Shown: positions 41,973-51,388, counted from the stretch's first letter. The stretch is DNA of 64,000 nt from a bacterium (GCA_035945995.1 DASYZR010000120.1:927-64926), one strand, 5' to 3'. Notes: generated by a model not told the origin, from the letters alone. Numbers and translations: made by a program.

Positions 41973-42985
41973 AATTTCACCCCCGTCTGACGCCCCGTCT
42001 GGCGCCCCGTCTGGCGCGGGGCTGGCGGGGCTGGGCGTCGCCCGGCGGCGCTCCACATCCGCCGGGCGACGCCCACCAGGCCGTCGCGGGCGTAGAGCAA
42101 GATGACGACGTACATTGCGCCGAGGATCAGCTCCCATCGCTGGGTGAGGTTGCTGAGCGCGTTGCTGACGAAGACGACCACGCCGGCCCCGGCGAGCGGT
42201 CCGAGCAGTGTGCCGGTCCCGCCCAAGATGACCATGATGAGAATCTGCACTGTCGTCTCGAGACTGAGGTTGACGGGGCCGACGAACTCATTGTAGTACG
42301 CGAACAGCACGCCCGCGACACCGGCGAACGCCGCGGCCATAACGTAGGCCGCGTAGCGGAACCGGTTGACGGGATAGCCGAGCGCCGCCATCCGGCGCGG
42401 CCGCTCCCGGATGCCCCGCAACACCAGCCCGAACGGCGAGCGGACGATCGTGACGAGGAGCGCGACACACACGACGAGCACGGCCAGGCAGAACAGATAA
42501 TAGGCCGGGGTCGAGGCGAGATTCATCCCCGCGATCACCGGCCGGGGGAAGCCGGCGATCCCGTTGTCGCCGCCGCTCATGTCCACCCACTGATAGGCAA
42601 GGCCCCAGATGATCTCGTTCAGGGCGAGCGTGATGATGATGAAGCTGACGCCTTCGCCCCGGAAGGCCAGGAGGCCGAAGACCCCGGCGAGGGCAGCGGC
42701 GCCGAGCACCGCCAGCGCCGGCACCGGCCAGAACGCGGCGACGCCGTACCGCGTGAGGAGCAGCGCGACGATATAGGCGCTCGTGCCGAAGAACGCGGCG
42801 TGGCTGAAACTCACGAGGCCGGTGAACCCGACCAGCAGGTCCAGGCTCATCGCGGCGATGCCGTAGATCCACGTCTGCGTCAGCAGCGACACGTAATACT
42901 GCGGCAGCCCGAACGACGGCACGAGCGCCGCGAGCGCGATCGCGGCCGCCACGATACCGGCGAGCAGCGCGCGGCGGCGGGTCAC
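41969..42985 (-). CDS. ABC permease, LivM-like, with a repeat-encoded C-terminal tail
   Basis: About 9 TM helices. GGDNGIAGFPRP motif. The tail ...PAPPAPRQTGRQTGRQTGVKL* is encoded by the tandem arrays. Confidence 0.9.
   Translation of the reverse strand: MTRRRALLAGIVAAAIALAALVPSFGLPQYYVSLLTQTWIYGIAAMSLDLLVGFTGLVSFSHAAFFGTSAYIVALLLTRYGVAAFWPVPALAVLGAAALAGVFGLLAFRGEGVSFIIITLALNEIIWGLAYQWVDMSGGDNGIAGFPRPVIAGMNLASTPAYYLFCLAVLVVCVALLVTIVRSPFGLVLRGIRERPRRMAALGYPVNRFRYAAYVMAAAFAGVAGVLFAYYNEFVGPVNLSLETTVQILIMVILGGTGTLLGPLAGAGVVVFVSNALSNLTQRWELILGAMYVVILLYARDGLVGVARRMWSAAGRRPAPPAPRQTGRQTGRQTGVKL
41981..42034. repeat. composite tandem array: (CCCCGTCTGRCG)x3 followed by (CGGGGCTGG)x2; inverted copy of the 36268..36351 array
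   Basis: Direct reading. 12-mers at 41981..42016. 9-mers at 42017..42034. Confidence 0.95.
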
Positions 42986-43839
42986 CGCTTCCGTCCCAGG
43001 AGGCCCTGGGGGCGCAGCGCCATGATCGCCGCCACGGGCACGAAAATCGTGAAGTAGGAGAGCTGCGGGAACAGCGCCTTGCCGAAGGTGCCCACGAGCC
43101 CGATGACGAGGCTCCCGACGTACGCGCCCTCGAGGCTCCCGATGCCGCCGATGATGATTACGGCGAACGCCAGCGGCAGCAGCTCACCGTCCAGACCGGG
43201 GTAGGCGCCGGTGATCGGCCCCCCGAGCAGGCCCCCGGCACCGGCGAGGAACGCGCCGATCCCGAAGACGATGAAGAACGCGCGATCGACGTCGATGCCG
43301 AGCCCGCGGATCATCTCCTCGTCGTCGACGCCCGCGCGGATGACCGCACCCAGCATCGTGCGGCGCTCGACGAAGGCGAGTGCTGCGCCGATGAGCAGGC
43401 TGATGCCGATCAACGCGAGCCAGTACGACGGAAAGATCAGCGTGCCCACCTGCAGCGAGGACGCCAGCATCGCGGGCGGGGCCACCGATTGCGGGTCCCC
43501 GCCCCAGACCGCCAGCGCGCCGTCGTCCAACATCAGCGTGAAGCCGATGGTCAGCAAGAGCGCGGTCAGTTCGTCCGCGTGATACGGATGCAGGACGCGG
43601 TAGATGGCGAGACCGATCACGGTGACCGCGGCGCCGGCCAGCGGCACCGCGGCGAAAAACGGCACGCCGTGGTTCGTGAGCATCAGGCCGACGTAGACGC
43701 CGATGAGGAAAAACGCCGTCTGCGCGATGTTGACGACCCGCATCAGGCCGAAGATCAGGGTGAAGCCGGCCGCGATCAGGAACAGCAGGCTGCCGTACGC
43801 CAGCCCCCCGAGTGCGTTCTGCGCGTAGAACGTCGTCAT
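42982..43839 (-). CDS. ABC permease, LivH-like
   Basis: 285 aa, about 8 TM helices. LGGLAYGSLLFLIAAGFTLIFG typical N-terminus. Confidence 0.9.
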   Translation of the reverse strand: MTTFYAQNALGGLAYGSLLFLIAAGFTLIFGLMRVVNIAQTAFFLIGVYVGLMLTNHGVPFFAAVPLAGAAVTVIGLAIYRVLHPYHADELTALLLTIGFTLMLDDGALAVWGGDPQSVAPPAMLASSLQVGTLIFPSYWLALIGISLLIGAALAFVERRTMLGAVIRAGVDDEEMIRGLGIDVDRAFFIVFGIGAFLAGAGGLLGGPITGAYPGLDGELLPLAFAVIIIGGIGSLEGAYVGSLVIGLVGTFGKALFPQLSYFTIFVPVAAIMALRPQGLLGRKR

Positions 43840-43848
43840 CGGCCGGAC

Positions 43849-43906
43849 CCCCGCGCAAGGCGCGGGGCAGGCGCGGCGCCTGCCCTGCCCCGCGCTCTGC
43901 GCGGGG
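43849..43906 (-). repeat. three adjacent GC-rich palindromes in the binding-protein/permease spacer (REP-like)
   Basis: CCCGCGC-AAG-GCGCGGG core hairpin at 43849..43867. Palindrome CAGGCGC-G-GCGCCTG at 43868..43882. CCCCGCGC-TCT-GCGCGGGG at 43888..43906. Confidence 0.7.
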
Positions 43907-43940
43907 CCGATCGAGACCGCCTACCCCCGCGGGCAGGCAC

Positions 43941-45236
43941 TCACTTGGCGATGCCCTGGAACGTGTTGGAGTACACCGGCTGTTTGAGGTATTGCGCCGG
44001 ATTGTAGGTCCAGAACTGGGAAACGCTCGGATATGTCTTGATCACGACGTTCCACGTCTTCGCGTACGCCGCGTACTGGGGGGGGACGCGCTGCACTTCC
44101 CGGATGTACACGTTCTGCACCGGCGCCCCGTACGGATCCAGGCGTTGCGGCCCGAAGGGCGAATCGGGCACCGAGGCGGTCCGGACGGCGTTCAAGAACT
44201 TCTGCTGGTCCGTCGCGTCGCCGTGGACCTCCACGAGCGCCCTCTGGATCCACTCCGCCGCGGTATAGAAGCCGGCCGCCATGTAGGACGGCAGCGCATG
44301 GTACGCCTTGGCGTAGGTGGCGATAAACCGCTCGGTCGCCGGATCGCCGCGGCCTTCCGCGTAGTGGGAGAAGGCGATGATGCCGACCACATCCTCCGGC
44401 GGGAGCGTGCGGATGCTCGACTGGTCGGTGACCGTCTCCTGCACGATCAGCGGGACCCTGCCTTTGAGCCCAAACGAGGTCCACTGCTGCAGGAAATGGA
44501 CCGCGTCCGCGCCGACGACGCAGACCATGACCACGTCGGGGCGCTCCGCTTGCACCTGAGAGAGGTAGGGGCTGAAGTCCGTCGTGCCGAGCGGCACCCA
44601 CAGCTGCTTGGTCACCTTGCCGCCCTTTTCCGTGAACGTTTGCGCGAACCCGCCGACGCTCTCGTACGCGAAGGCGTACGCGTCGCCGAGTGTGACGGCC
44701 TTCCGGTACCCCTTCTCGACCGCCCAACCGCCGGCCGGATGCGTCGTTTGGCTCGAGGACCAGCCGGCCACCTTGATCACGAACGAACTGGCCTTTCGCT
44801 GCGTCAGATCGTCCGCCGAGACCGTCGGCAGAAACAGCGGCGTCTTGTGCTCTTCCGCGTACGGCGCCACCGCGAGGCCCTCGTTGGCCAGGTAGGGGCC
44901 GATCAGCAGCTGCACCCCGTCCTGCTCCACGGCCCGGCGCGCCTGCGTCAGCGCGGTGTTGGGATTCGACGCCGTATCGTAGTAGGTGGTGTCGATCGTC
45001 GTCCCGGCTACGGCGTCGCCGTGCTGGGACCACCACAACTTCCACCCGTTGATCATGTCGTGGCCCGGCGCCGCCGCCACGCCCGTGGTCGGGGCCAGCA
45101 AACCGACCTTCAACCGGGCCGGTGGGGCCGCCGCGGCGAAGCGCGCCGGCCCCCCGCCTGGAAGGACGGCACCCGGCCCTGACCCGACCGTCACGAAGAC
45201 AATGGCGATCGCCGCGTTCCTGAGTATTCGCGTCAT
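43941..45236 (-). CDS. ABC substrate-binding protein, HAAT (LivK-like) family, second copy
   Basis: ATG 45236 (ATGA overlap). Signal MTRILRNAAIAIVFVTVGSG. KVGLLAPTTGVAAAPG.... The N-terminal 187 aa of the track ORF are rejected. Confidence 0.9.
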   Translation of the reverse strand: MTRILRNAAIAIVFVTVGSGPGAVLPGGGPARFAAAAPPARLKVGLLAPTTGVAAAPGHDMINGWKLWWSQHGDAVAGTTIDTTYYDTASNPNTALTQARRAVEQDGVQLLIGPYLANEGLAVAPYAEEHKTPLFLPTVSADDLTQRKASSFVIKVAGWSSSQTTHPAGGWAVEKGYRKAVTLGDAYAFAYESVGGFAQTFTEKGGKVTKQLWVPLGTTDFSPYLSQVQAERPDVVMVCVVGADAVHFLQQWTSFGLKGRVPLIVQETVTDQSSIRTLPPEDVVGIIAFSHYAEGRGDPATERFIATYAKAYHALPSYMAAGFYTAAEWIQRALVEVHGDATDQQKFLNAVRTASVPDSPFGPQRLDPYGAPVQNVYIREVQRVPPQYAAYAKTWNVVIKTYPSVSQFWTYNPAQYLKQPVYSNTFQGIAK

Positions 45237-46279
45237 GACCTGCCCCCTTCGGTCATTCTGTCGTGCTCCGTGTGTACCGTACCGGCGCCGGTGAGCCCCA
45301 AGAGCCGCGCGCCGTTGTCGCCCAGGATGGCCCGTGTCTCGTCCGGACCCAGCCCCAACCGGTTCACCCGCTCCACCGGCCGCTCGTCCGCCATGTCGTA
45401 CGGCAGATCGGTCCCGAGCAGCACGCGCGCCGGGCCCGCCGCCTCGACGAGATACCCGAGCGCGCGGTCGCTGTGGGTGATCGTGTCGGCATACATGCGG
45501 CGCAGGTAGGCCGACGGAGGTGCGGGGATCGCGTCCCGCACCTCCGCCCGGACCGCGTAGGTGTGGTCGAGCCGTCCCAGCAGAAACGGCAGGCTCCCCG
45601 CGCCGTGGGCGAGGACGAGCCGCAGCTCGGGATACCGGTCGAGCGTACCGGACAGAATGAGCCGCGCCGCGGCGAGCGCCGTTTCGCCGGGGTTGCCGAC
45701 TGAGTTGCCGAGATGCCACCCGCTCATCCGGTCCTCGCCGGCGTTGTTCAGCGGGTGGGTGAACACCGGCAGCCCGTGACGCACGGCGCAGTCCCACAGC
45801 GGGGCGAACGACGGATCGTCGAGATACCGGCCGTTCACGTTCGTGCCGACGTACAGCGCCCGGCAGCCGGCCCGGGCGGCCCGCTCGGCCTCCGCCACCG
45901 CCGCCCGGACGTCTTGCAGCGGCAGCGTCGCGAACGCGAGGAACCGGGGCGGATGCGCCCGGGCGATCGCCGCGACCTCGTCGTTGAACACCGCGGCCAG
46001 TTCGCGGCCTAGATCCGGCGGCGCCCAGTACAGCATCGGCGGCGAGAGCGACAACGCCTGCATCGTGATCCCCCAGCGGTCGAGCGCCGCCAGGCGTTCG
46101 CCCACGTCCCAGAAGACCGGGCCGATCGTCGCCCGCTGATGCGGGCTGCTCCAGACGATCCGGTCGCCCCCCCGCGCTTCAACTTTGGCGCCGTAGCGGC
46201 CGCCCTCCCGGTCCAGCGCCGCGAGAAACCGGTCCGGGAACACGTGGGCGTGCACGTCGAGGATCATGCGCGCCGCCAC
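45233..46279 (-). CDS. amidohydrolase_2 (ACMSD / non-oxidative decarboxylase-like) family protein
   Basis: ILDVHAHVFP, FATLPLQD, VFTHP, LVLAHGAG, LLGTDLPYD. The start is either GTG 46279 or ATG 46267. Confidence 0.85.
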   Translation of the reverse strand: MAARMILDVHAHVFPDRFLAALDREGGRYGAKVEARGGDRIVWSSPHQRATIGPVFWDVGERLAALDRWGITMQALSLSPPMLYWAPPDLGRELAAVFNDEVAAIARAHPPRFLAFATLPLQDVRAAVAEAERAARAGCRALYVGTNVNGRYLDDPSFAPLWDCAVRHGLPVFTHPLNNAGEDRMSGWHLGNSVGNPGETALAAARLILSGTLDRYPELRLVLAHGAGSLPFLLGRLDHTYAVRAEVRDAIPAPPSAYLRRMYADTITHSDRALGYLVEAAGPARVLLGTDLPYDMADERPVERVNRLGLGPDETRAILGDNGARLLGLTGAGTVHTEHDRMTEGGRS

Positions 46280-46319
46280 GGGCCCCCAGGCGGGGATATG
46301 CGGCTCATCGCGTACGATC

Positions 46320-47576
46320 TCATGCCATCATGTCGTCGGCATGCTCGCAAAGGGTGAACCGCTCGTGGCCGGTCTCTGTCACGACGATGTTTTCTTCGAG
46401 GCGCACCGTCTGCTCGAGGCCGGCGTGCCCCGCGAAGGTCTCGATCGCGAAGTACATGTTCTGCTTGAGCTCCGCCGGGTACTTGAGCGAGTAGGCGCGC
46501 GAGATCCACATCCCCTCGTACAGGCTGAGGCCGATGCTGTGCGCGAACTGCTGCAGGGAGACGCTGCCGTACTTATCGTCGTCGTAGACCGGGAAGTGCT
46601 TCGCGACGTCCGCGCTCGTCGCCCCCGCCCGGACGGCGCCGATCGCGGCGTAGAGGGAATCGTAACACTCCCGGTAGAGGTCCTTCTCCTTTTGGGTCGG
46701 CGGTGAGGCGACTTTCCAGCAGCGCACGAAGTCGATGAAATAGCCGCCCGGGCCGACGGCGTTGATGTCGATGATCATCAGGTCGCCCTGACGGATGATC
46801 TTGTCCGTGTGCCAGCGGCGGTACGGGCTCGTGTTGCCGCCAGAGGCGACGATGATGTCGTAGACGAAGTCGAAGCCGCTCCGGTACAAGTACTCGTTCA
46901 CCTTGGCGCAGACCTCGGCTTCGCGCACGCCGGGCCGGGCCCACTCGTGCTTCGCCATGTACATCGCCGCGTCGCCGTGCGCGGCGGAGATCTTGTGGCA
47001 CTCCAACTCGTCCTGCGTCTTGATGACACGCGCCTGCGACATCGCCGGCCAGCCGTTCACGATGTTGAGGCCCTCCTGGGTGAGCGCCTGATATGCCACC
47101 ATGTCCATGATGTCGATGCCGATCTTTTCCTTGTGCACGCCGGCCTCGCGCAGCACGTCCGCGATCGACCCGGCCATCCGCGCCGCCATCTCGGGCTCCG
47201 CGCCCTCGGACCACTTCCAGGTGATCGCCGGCCGGATCTCCGTCAACCACGGCGCGTCGATCTCGGCGCAGACCATGTCGCTCCCCACCGTCTCGAACAG
47301 CACCGGGTCCCCTCCGCGCGGGAGGACCGCGTAGCGGATGAAGATGTTGTTCTTCCAGTTGCCCTGGTAGACGCCGGTCGTGTAGCGGACGTTCTCGCCG
47401 ACGAACAGAATGAGCGCGCCGAGGTCGTGCTTGGCCATCATCTCCCGGGCGCGGGCCAGCCGCTCGCTCCGCAGCCGGTCGAAGTTGACACGGCCCTGCC
47501 AGTCGGTGCCCGAGGTGCTGAAGACACGCCGGGGTTGCAGTTCGTGCTGCCCGGCGAGGAACTGATGGTACGTCAT
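46320..47576 (-). CDS. M24-family metallohydrolase (creatinase/prolidase fold)
   Basis: Creatinase-like N-domain. Metal ligands in IIDINAV..YFIDF, FAHSIG, FAIETF, RLEENIVV. Confidence 0.85.
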   Translation of the reverse strand: MTYHQFLAGQHELQPRRVFSTSGTDWQGRVNFDRLRSERLARAREMMAKHDLGALILFVGENVRYTTGVYQGNWKNNIFIRYAVLPRGGDPVLFETVGSDMVCAEIDAPWLTEIRPAITWKWSEGAEPEMAARMAGSIADVLREAGVHKEKIGIDIMDMVAYQALTQEGLNIVNGWPAMSQARVIKTQDELECHKISAAHGDAAMYMAKHEWARPGVREAEVCAKVNEYLYRSGFDFVYDIIVASGGNTSPYRRWHTDKIIRQGDLMIIDINAVGPGGYFIDFVRCWKVASPPTQKEKDLYRECYDSLYAAIGAVRAGATSADVAKHFPVYDDDKYGSVSLQQFAHSIGLSLYEGMWISRAYSLKYPAELKQNMYFAIETFAGHAGLEQTVRLEENIVVTETGHERFTLCEHADDMMA

Positions 47577-47693
47577 CGATGCGACCCCCCTTTGCGTTCG
47601 CGTCGGCCGCCCCGCCCCGCGTAGCCGGGGTGCCCCGACGCAGCCGTCTTCTCGCGTCCGCGACGTGCGTCGTATGGGGCAGGTGCGGGAGCG

Positions 47694-48911
47694 CTACGCG
47701 AGCAGCGCCGCGCAGTAGGCACTTCGCGAAATCCGCCGTGACCCCGCTTCCGTCACGGCCACCATGTCCTCCAGCCGTACCCCTCCGCCGCCCCGCACGC
47801 CGGGCAGCCAGATGAGGGGCTCGACCGCGAATACCATGCCGGCTTCGAGCGGCACGGTCGCCGCGCCGGGAAACGCTTCGCCGATATACGGGGGCTCGTT
47901 GGACCCGCACCCGATTCCGTGGCCGATGAAGAGGCTGAGGAAACGGTCACCGAGGCCGTGGGATCCGGCGCGGGCCCGGATCACCGAAGCCACCTCGGCG
48001 TTGGTGGCACCCGGCCGCATCGCCTCGATGCCCGCCTGCAGGCCGTCCCACACCGCCCGGTAAATGCGCCGCTGCTCCGGCGAGGGCTCGCCGCAGACCA
48101 CCGTGCGGCCGATGTCGCCGAAATAGCCGTTCCACATCGCGCCGATGTCGATGAAGACGAGATCGCCCTCGCGGATCAGTTTGTCGGTCGCGAGGCGGGT
48201 GGGCGGCGCCATCCGCTCGCCGCTCGCCACGAACGGCGTCGTGACGTGGGGCGACTCCCCGCCGAGCCGGTACAAGGTCCGGAGCGCTTCCCCCGCGACC
48301 TCGCACTCCCGCACCCCCTCGCGCGCGGCGGCGGTCGCGGTCGCCGTGACCGCCTCGGCGATCGCGGTCGCCTCTTCGATGAGCGCGAGCTCGTCCGCGG
48401 TCTTGATGCGCCGCGCCGCCTGCATCGCCGCGTCGCCGTCCACCCAGCGGATGTCGACGCACGTCTCCGCCAGCGCGTCCATCAGCAGCTTGCTCGCCAG
48501 GTCGATGCCGACGCGCGCGCCGCGGAGCCCCCGGCGGCGCAGCAGGCCCGGGATGATCTCCGAGGCGACGTGACGGATGAGGCCGGGCTCTTCGAGGATC
48601 GGAATCGTCTCCCAATCGCCCACCCACGGCATCGTGGCCTCGGCGCGGTCGCGGTCGCCGCCCGAGATGAGCAGCGCGACCGTGCCGTCCCGGGTGCACA
48701 GCGCGCCGTTCAGCACCCCGTTCTTGCCGGCGATGATCTGCGGCCGCAGGCTCGTGAGGTACCGGACGTTCTCTTCCTTCCAGACGAGCACGGCGTCGAG
48801 GTTCGCCGCCGCGATGGCGTGCCGCGCCCGCTCGACCCGCCCGGCGCGCAGGCGCGCCATGTCGACGCGCGCCTCGTAATCGGCGGCGCCGGCGCCGCGC
48901 GACCAGGTCAA
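47694..48911 (-). CDS. M24-family metallohydrolase (creatinase/prolidase fold), paralogue
   Basis: TTG start in a TTGA overlap. VFIDIGAMWNGYFGDIGR, FIGHGIG, VFAVEP, VRLEDMVAVT. Confidence 0.85.
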   Translation of the reverse strand: MTWSRGAGAADYEARVDMARLRAGRVERARHAIAAANLDAVLVWKEENVRYLTSLRPQIIAGKNGVLNGALCTRDGTVALLISGGDRDRAEATMPWVGDWETIPILEEPGLIRHVASEIIPGLLRRRGLRGARVGIDLASKLLMDALAETCVDIRWVDGDAAMQAARRIKTADELALIEEATAIAEAVTATATAAAREGVRECEVAGEALRTLYRLGGESPHVTTPFVASGERMAPPTRLATDKLIREGDLVFIDIGAMWNGYFGDIGRTVVCGEPSPEQRRIYRAVWDGLQAGIEAMRPGATNAEVASVIRARAGSHGLGDRFLSLFIGHGIGCGSNEPPYIGEAFPGAATVPLEAGMVFAVEPLIWLPGVRGGGGVRLEDMVAVTEAGSRRISRSAYCAALLA

Positions 48912-49903
48912 TACGCGACCTCGACGAGGCGGCCCTCGCGTGCCGATCGGACCACCGCGTCGGTCAACTGCACGCTGCGCAGACCGTCCAACCCCGAGGC
49001 GTTCGGCTCGTGATCCTGCTTGACGGCATCGTTGAACGCGGCCACCGACCGCACGACCGCGTCCTTGCTGGAATGCTTGGTGACCTGCTCGCCGGCCGCG
49101 GTGAGGACGCGGAGCTCGCCGTCACGGAAGGGCCGCGTGCAGTCGACGCCGAGGATGCGGCCCGCAGTACCGTAAATGTCGATGTCCGGCTGGAAGTTCG
49201 GCACCTTCTGGTTTGCGTTGACGTAGGCCATCGCGCCGTTCTGAAAGCGCAGCAGCGCGAGGACCATGTGCTCCAATTCGGCACCCCGGGCCACGTCCGT
49301 CATCGCCGTCACTTCCCGGACCTCGGACCCCAGCAGGTGGCGCACCAAATCGAAGGGGTGGACCGCGATGTTGTTGATCGAGCCCAGTCCGGCGAGCTGT
49401 GGGTCGGCGCGCCAGGACCGGAATGGATTCGCGCCGGAGCTCGCTTCGATCTGCACGAGGATCACGTCCCCGATCGCGCGCCGCTGCAGCAGACGCTTCG
49501 TCTCGACGAACGCGGTGTGATGGCGCGTCTGAAAGTGCGTGCCGAGCTTCAGGCCCGCCGCCTCGAACGCTTCGACCATGCGCCGCGCGTCACTCACCGA
49601 AAGCGCAAGCGGCTTCTCGCAGAGCACGTGCTTGCCGGCGCGCGCGGCCGCGAGGGCCTGCTCCGCGTGCTGGGCGTTCGGGGTGGAGATGTAGACGATA
49701 TCGACGTCGCGGTCGCGCAGCAGGTCCGCGTAGTCCGTATACGCCCGCTTGGCGCCGTGCTGCGCCGCGAACGCGTCGGCGCGGCCCCGGTCGCGGCTGA
49801 CCGCGGCGATCAGCGAGCCCTGATCGCCGAGCGCCTGGATCGCCGGCGCGGTGGCGCTGCCGGCGAAGCCGCCGGTCCCGATGATGCCCCATCCGAGTGA
49901 CAC
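48908..49903 (-). CDS. Gfo/Idh/MocA-family NAD(P) oxidoreductase
   Basis: GTG 49903 follows GGGGAGGGGAG. GWGIIGTGGFAG, YISTPNAQHAEQALAAARAGKHVLCEKP. Confidence 0.9.
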   Translation of the reverse strand: MSLGWGIIGTGGFAGSATAPAIQALGDQGSLIAAVSRDRGRADAFAAQHGAKRAYTDYADLLRDRDVDIVYISTPNAQHAEQALAAARAGKHVLCEKPLALSVSDARRMVEAFEAAGLKLGTHFQTRHHTAFVETKRLLQRRAIGDVILVQIEASSGANPFRSWRADPQLAGLGSINNIAVHPFDLVRHLLGSEVREVTAMTDVARGAELEHMVLALLRFQNGAMAYVNANQKVPNFQPDIDIYGTAGRILGVDCTRPFRDGELRVLTAAGEQVTKHSSKDAVVRSVAAFNDAVKQDHEPNASGLDGLRSVQLTDAVVRSAREGRLVEVAY

Positions 49904-50077
49904 GTGGCTCCCCTCCCCGGCCTCTTGGGGTATGGTGCGATCTTCCCTTCGATAACTATCGGTTCCCTACCCGCCCTACCATGCAATCGAAGCCGCGCCG
50001 GTCCAACGCGTCCAGGATCAGCCCCTTCGCGGCAACCTAGGAAACGGTCGCGGGCCGGGGGAAATCGACAGGTCAGA

Positions 50078-51280
50078 ATGAAGACCGCATCTCGGCGTCG
50101 CGCGCCGAGCCTCGCGCTGGGCGCCGCTGGATTCTGCGCGAGTATCTCCTGGCAGGTCGTGCTCCCCATCCTCTCCCTCCATCTTGCGCACATCGGCTTC
50201 AGTTTCGCAGAGATCGGCATCGTGGTCGGCGTGTTCAGCCTGAGCATGGGACTGGTGGAGCTCCAGGCCGGCGTAATCGCCGCCGCGGTCGGACGCCGCC
50301 GCCAGTTGCTGGGGGCCTTCGCCGCGAACGCGCTCTGTCTTGGCGTCGCCGCGATCGGCCAGGCCCGCTGGCTCGTCGCCGTCGCCCTCACGGCGGTCGG
50401 CGCCGCACGGGGCGTGCTCGTCCCTCCGCTCCACGCCACCGTCGCGGACTCGTCGACGCCGGAAGACCGCGGGCGGGCCTTCGGCACCTTCTGGCTGTGC
50501 ACGTCGTTCGCCGCGCTCACCGGTCCCGCGATCGGCGGCTTCGTGGCGGCGCGCACCGGCGAGCGCACGCCCTTCGTGCTCGGCGCGCTCTTCAGCCTGG
50601 CCGCGCTCCCGCTCATGGCCGGCTGGCCGATGCCCGGGCGCGCCGCGAATCGGGCGTCGTTTCGCGACTTCATCGCGTTTCTGTCAACGGCATCGGTGGC
50701 GCGCCTCGGCGTCGCCATTCTGCTCTGCTACAGCGTGGCCGGCATCTGGACGACGTTCCTGCCGCTGTACGCGTCGCGGCAGGGCGTCTCCGTCCTGTTC
50801 ATCGGCTGGATCTTCGCGATTCAAGGCGGCATGTACGCGCTGATGCAGGTCCCGACCGGCCGGCTCGTCGCGCGGGACCACGGCCGGTGGCTGATGCTCG
50901 CCGCCATCGCCGGGACGGCCGGCACCGAATTCGCCATCCCGCTCGTCCGCGGCGTGCCGCTGCTGCTCGCCGCGGGCGCCGTTTACGGAGTGGCCTGGGG
51001 GATTATGCCGGTCACGTTCGCCATGCTCATGACGCGGCGCGTATCGGCCGACCAGTACACGGCGGCCATGAGCGTCTATAACAGCGCGATCGACCTGGGC
51101 TTGTTCGCCGGCCCGCTCCTGGGCGCGGCGGTGACGCGGTGGAGCCTGACGGTGCCGTTCCTGCTGGCGCTCCCGCTCGGGCTCGCGGCCGCCGCGATAG
51201 GCCCGGGGGCGTCGTCCCAGCAGGCCGGCCAAGGAATGGTCCCGGATCGAAGAGGATCGCCGCCAGCCGCTTGCCGTTGA
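50078..51280 (+). CDS. MFS transporter
   Basis: ATG 50078. 12 TM pattern. GAAVGRRRQLL loop motif. The upstream 58 aa of the track ORF are rejected. Confidence 0.85.
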   Translation: MKTASRRRAPSLALGAAGFCASISWQVVLPILSLHLAHIGFSFAEIGIVVGVFSLSMGLVELQAGVIAAAVGRRRQLLGAFAANALCLGVAAIGQARWLVAVALTAVGAARGVLVPPLHATVADSSTPEDRGRAFGTFWLCTSFAALTGPAIGGFVAARTGERTPFVLGALFSLAALPLMAGWPMPGRAANRASFRDFIAFLSTASVARLGVAILLCYSVAGIWTTFLPLYASRQGVSVLFIGWIFAIQGGMYALMQVPTGRLVARDHGRWLMLAAIAGTAGTEFAIPLVRGVPLLLAAGAVYGVAWGIMPVTFAMLMTRRVSADQYTAAMSVYNSAIDLGLFAGPLLGAAVTRWSLTVPFLLALPLGLAAAAIGPGASSQQAGQGMVPDRRGSPPAACR

Positions 51281-51388
51281 GCGCCCGGATCGTGCGGCGG
51301 CCCTCGCCGCCGGCGACGACCCTCACGTCGCGCAGCACATCGAGCGCCAGGGCCTCTCTGTGACTGTCAGCATGCACCCCTCCGGACT

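Noticed and set aside
49950-49961. Small palindrome CGATA-AC-TATCG in the divergent Gfo/Idh/MocA-MFS spacer
   Set aside because: It has only 5-bp arms. No adjacent regulator gene suggests a cognate binding protein. This is too weak to call an operator.
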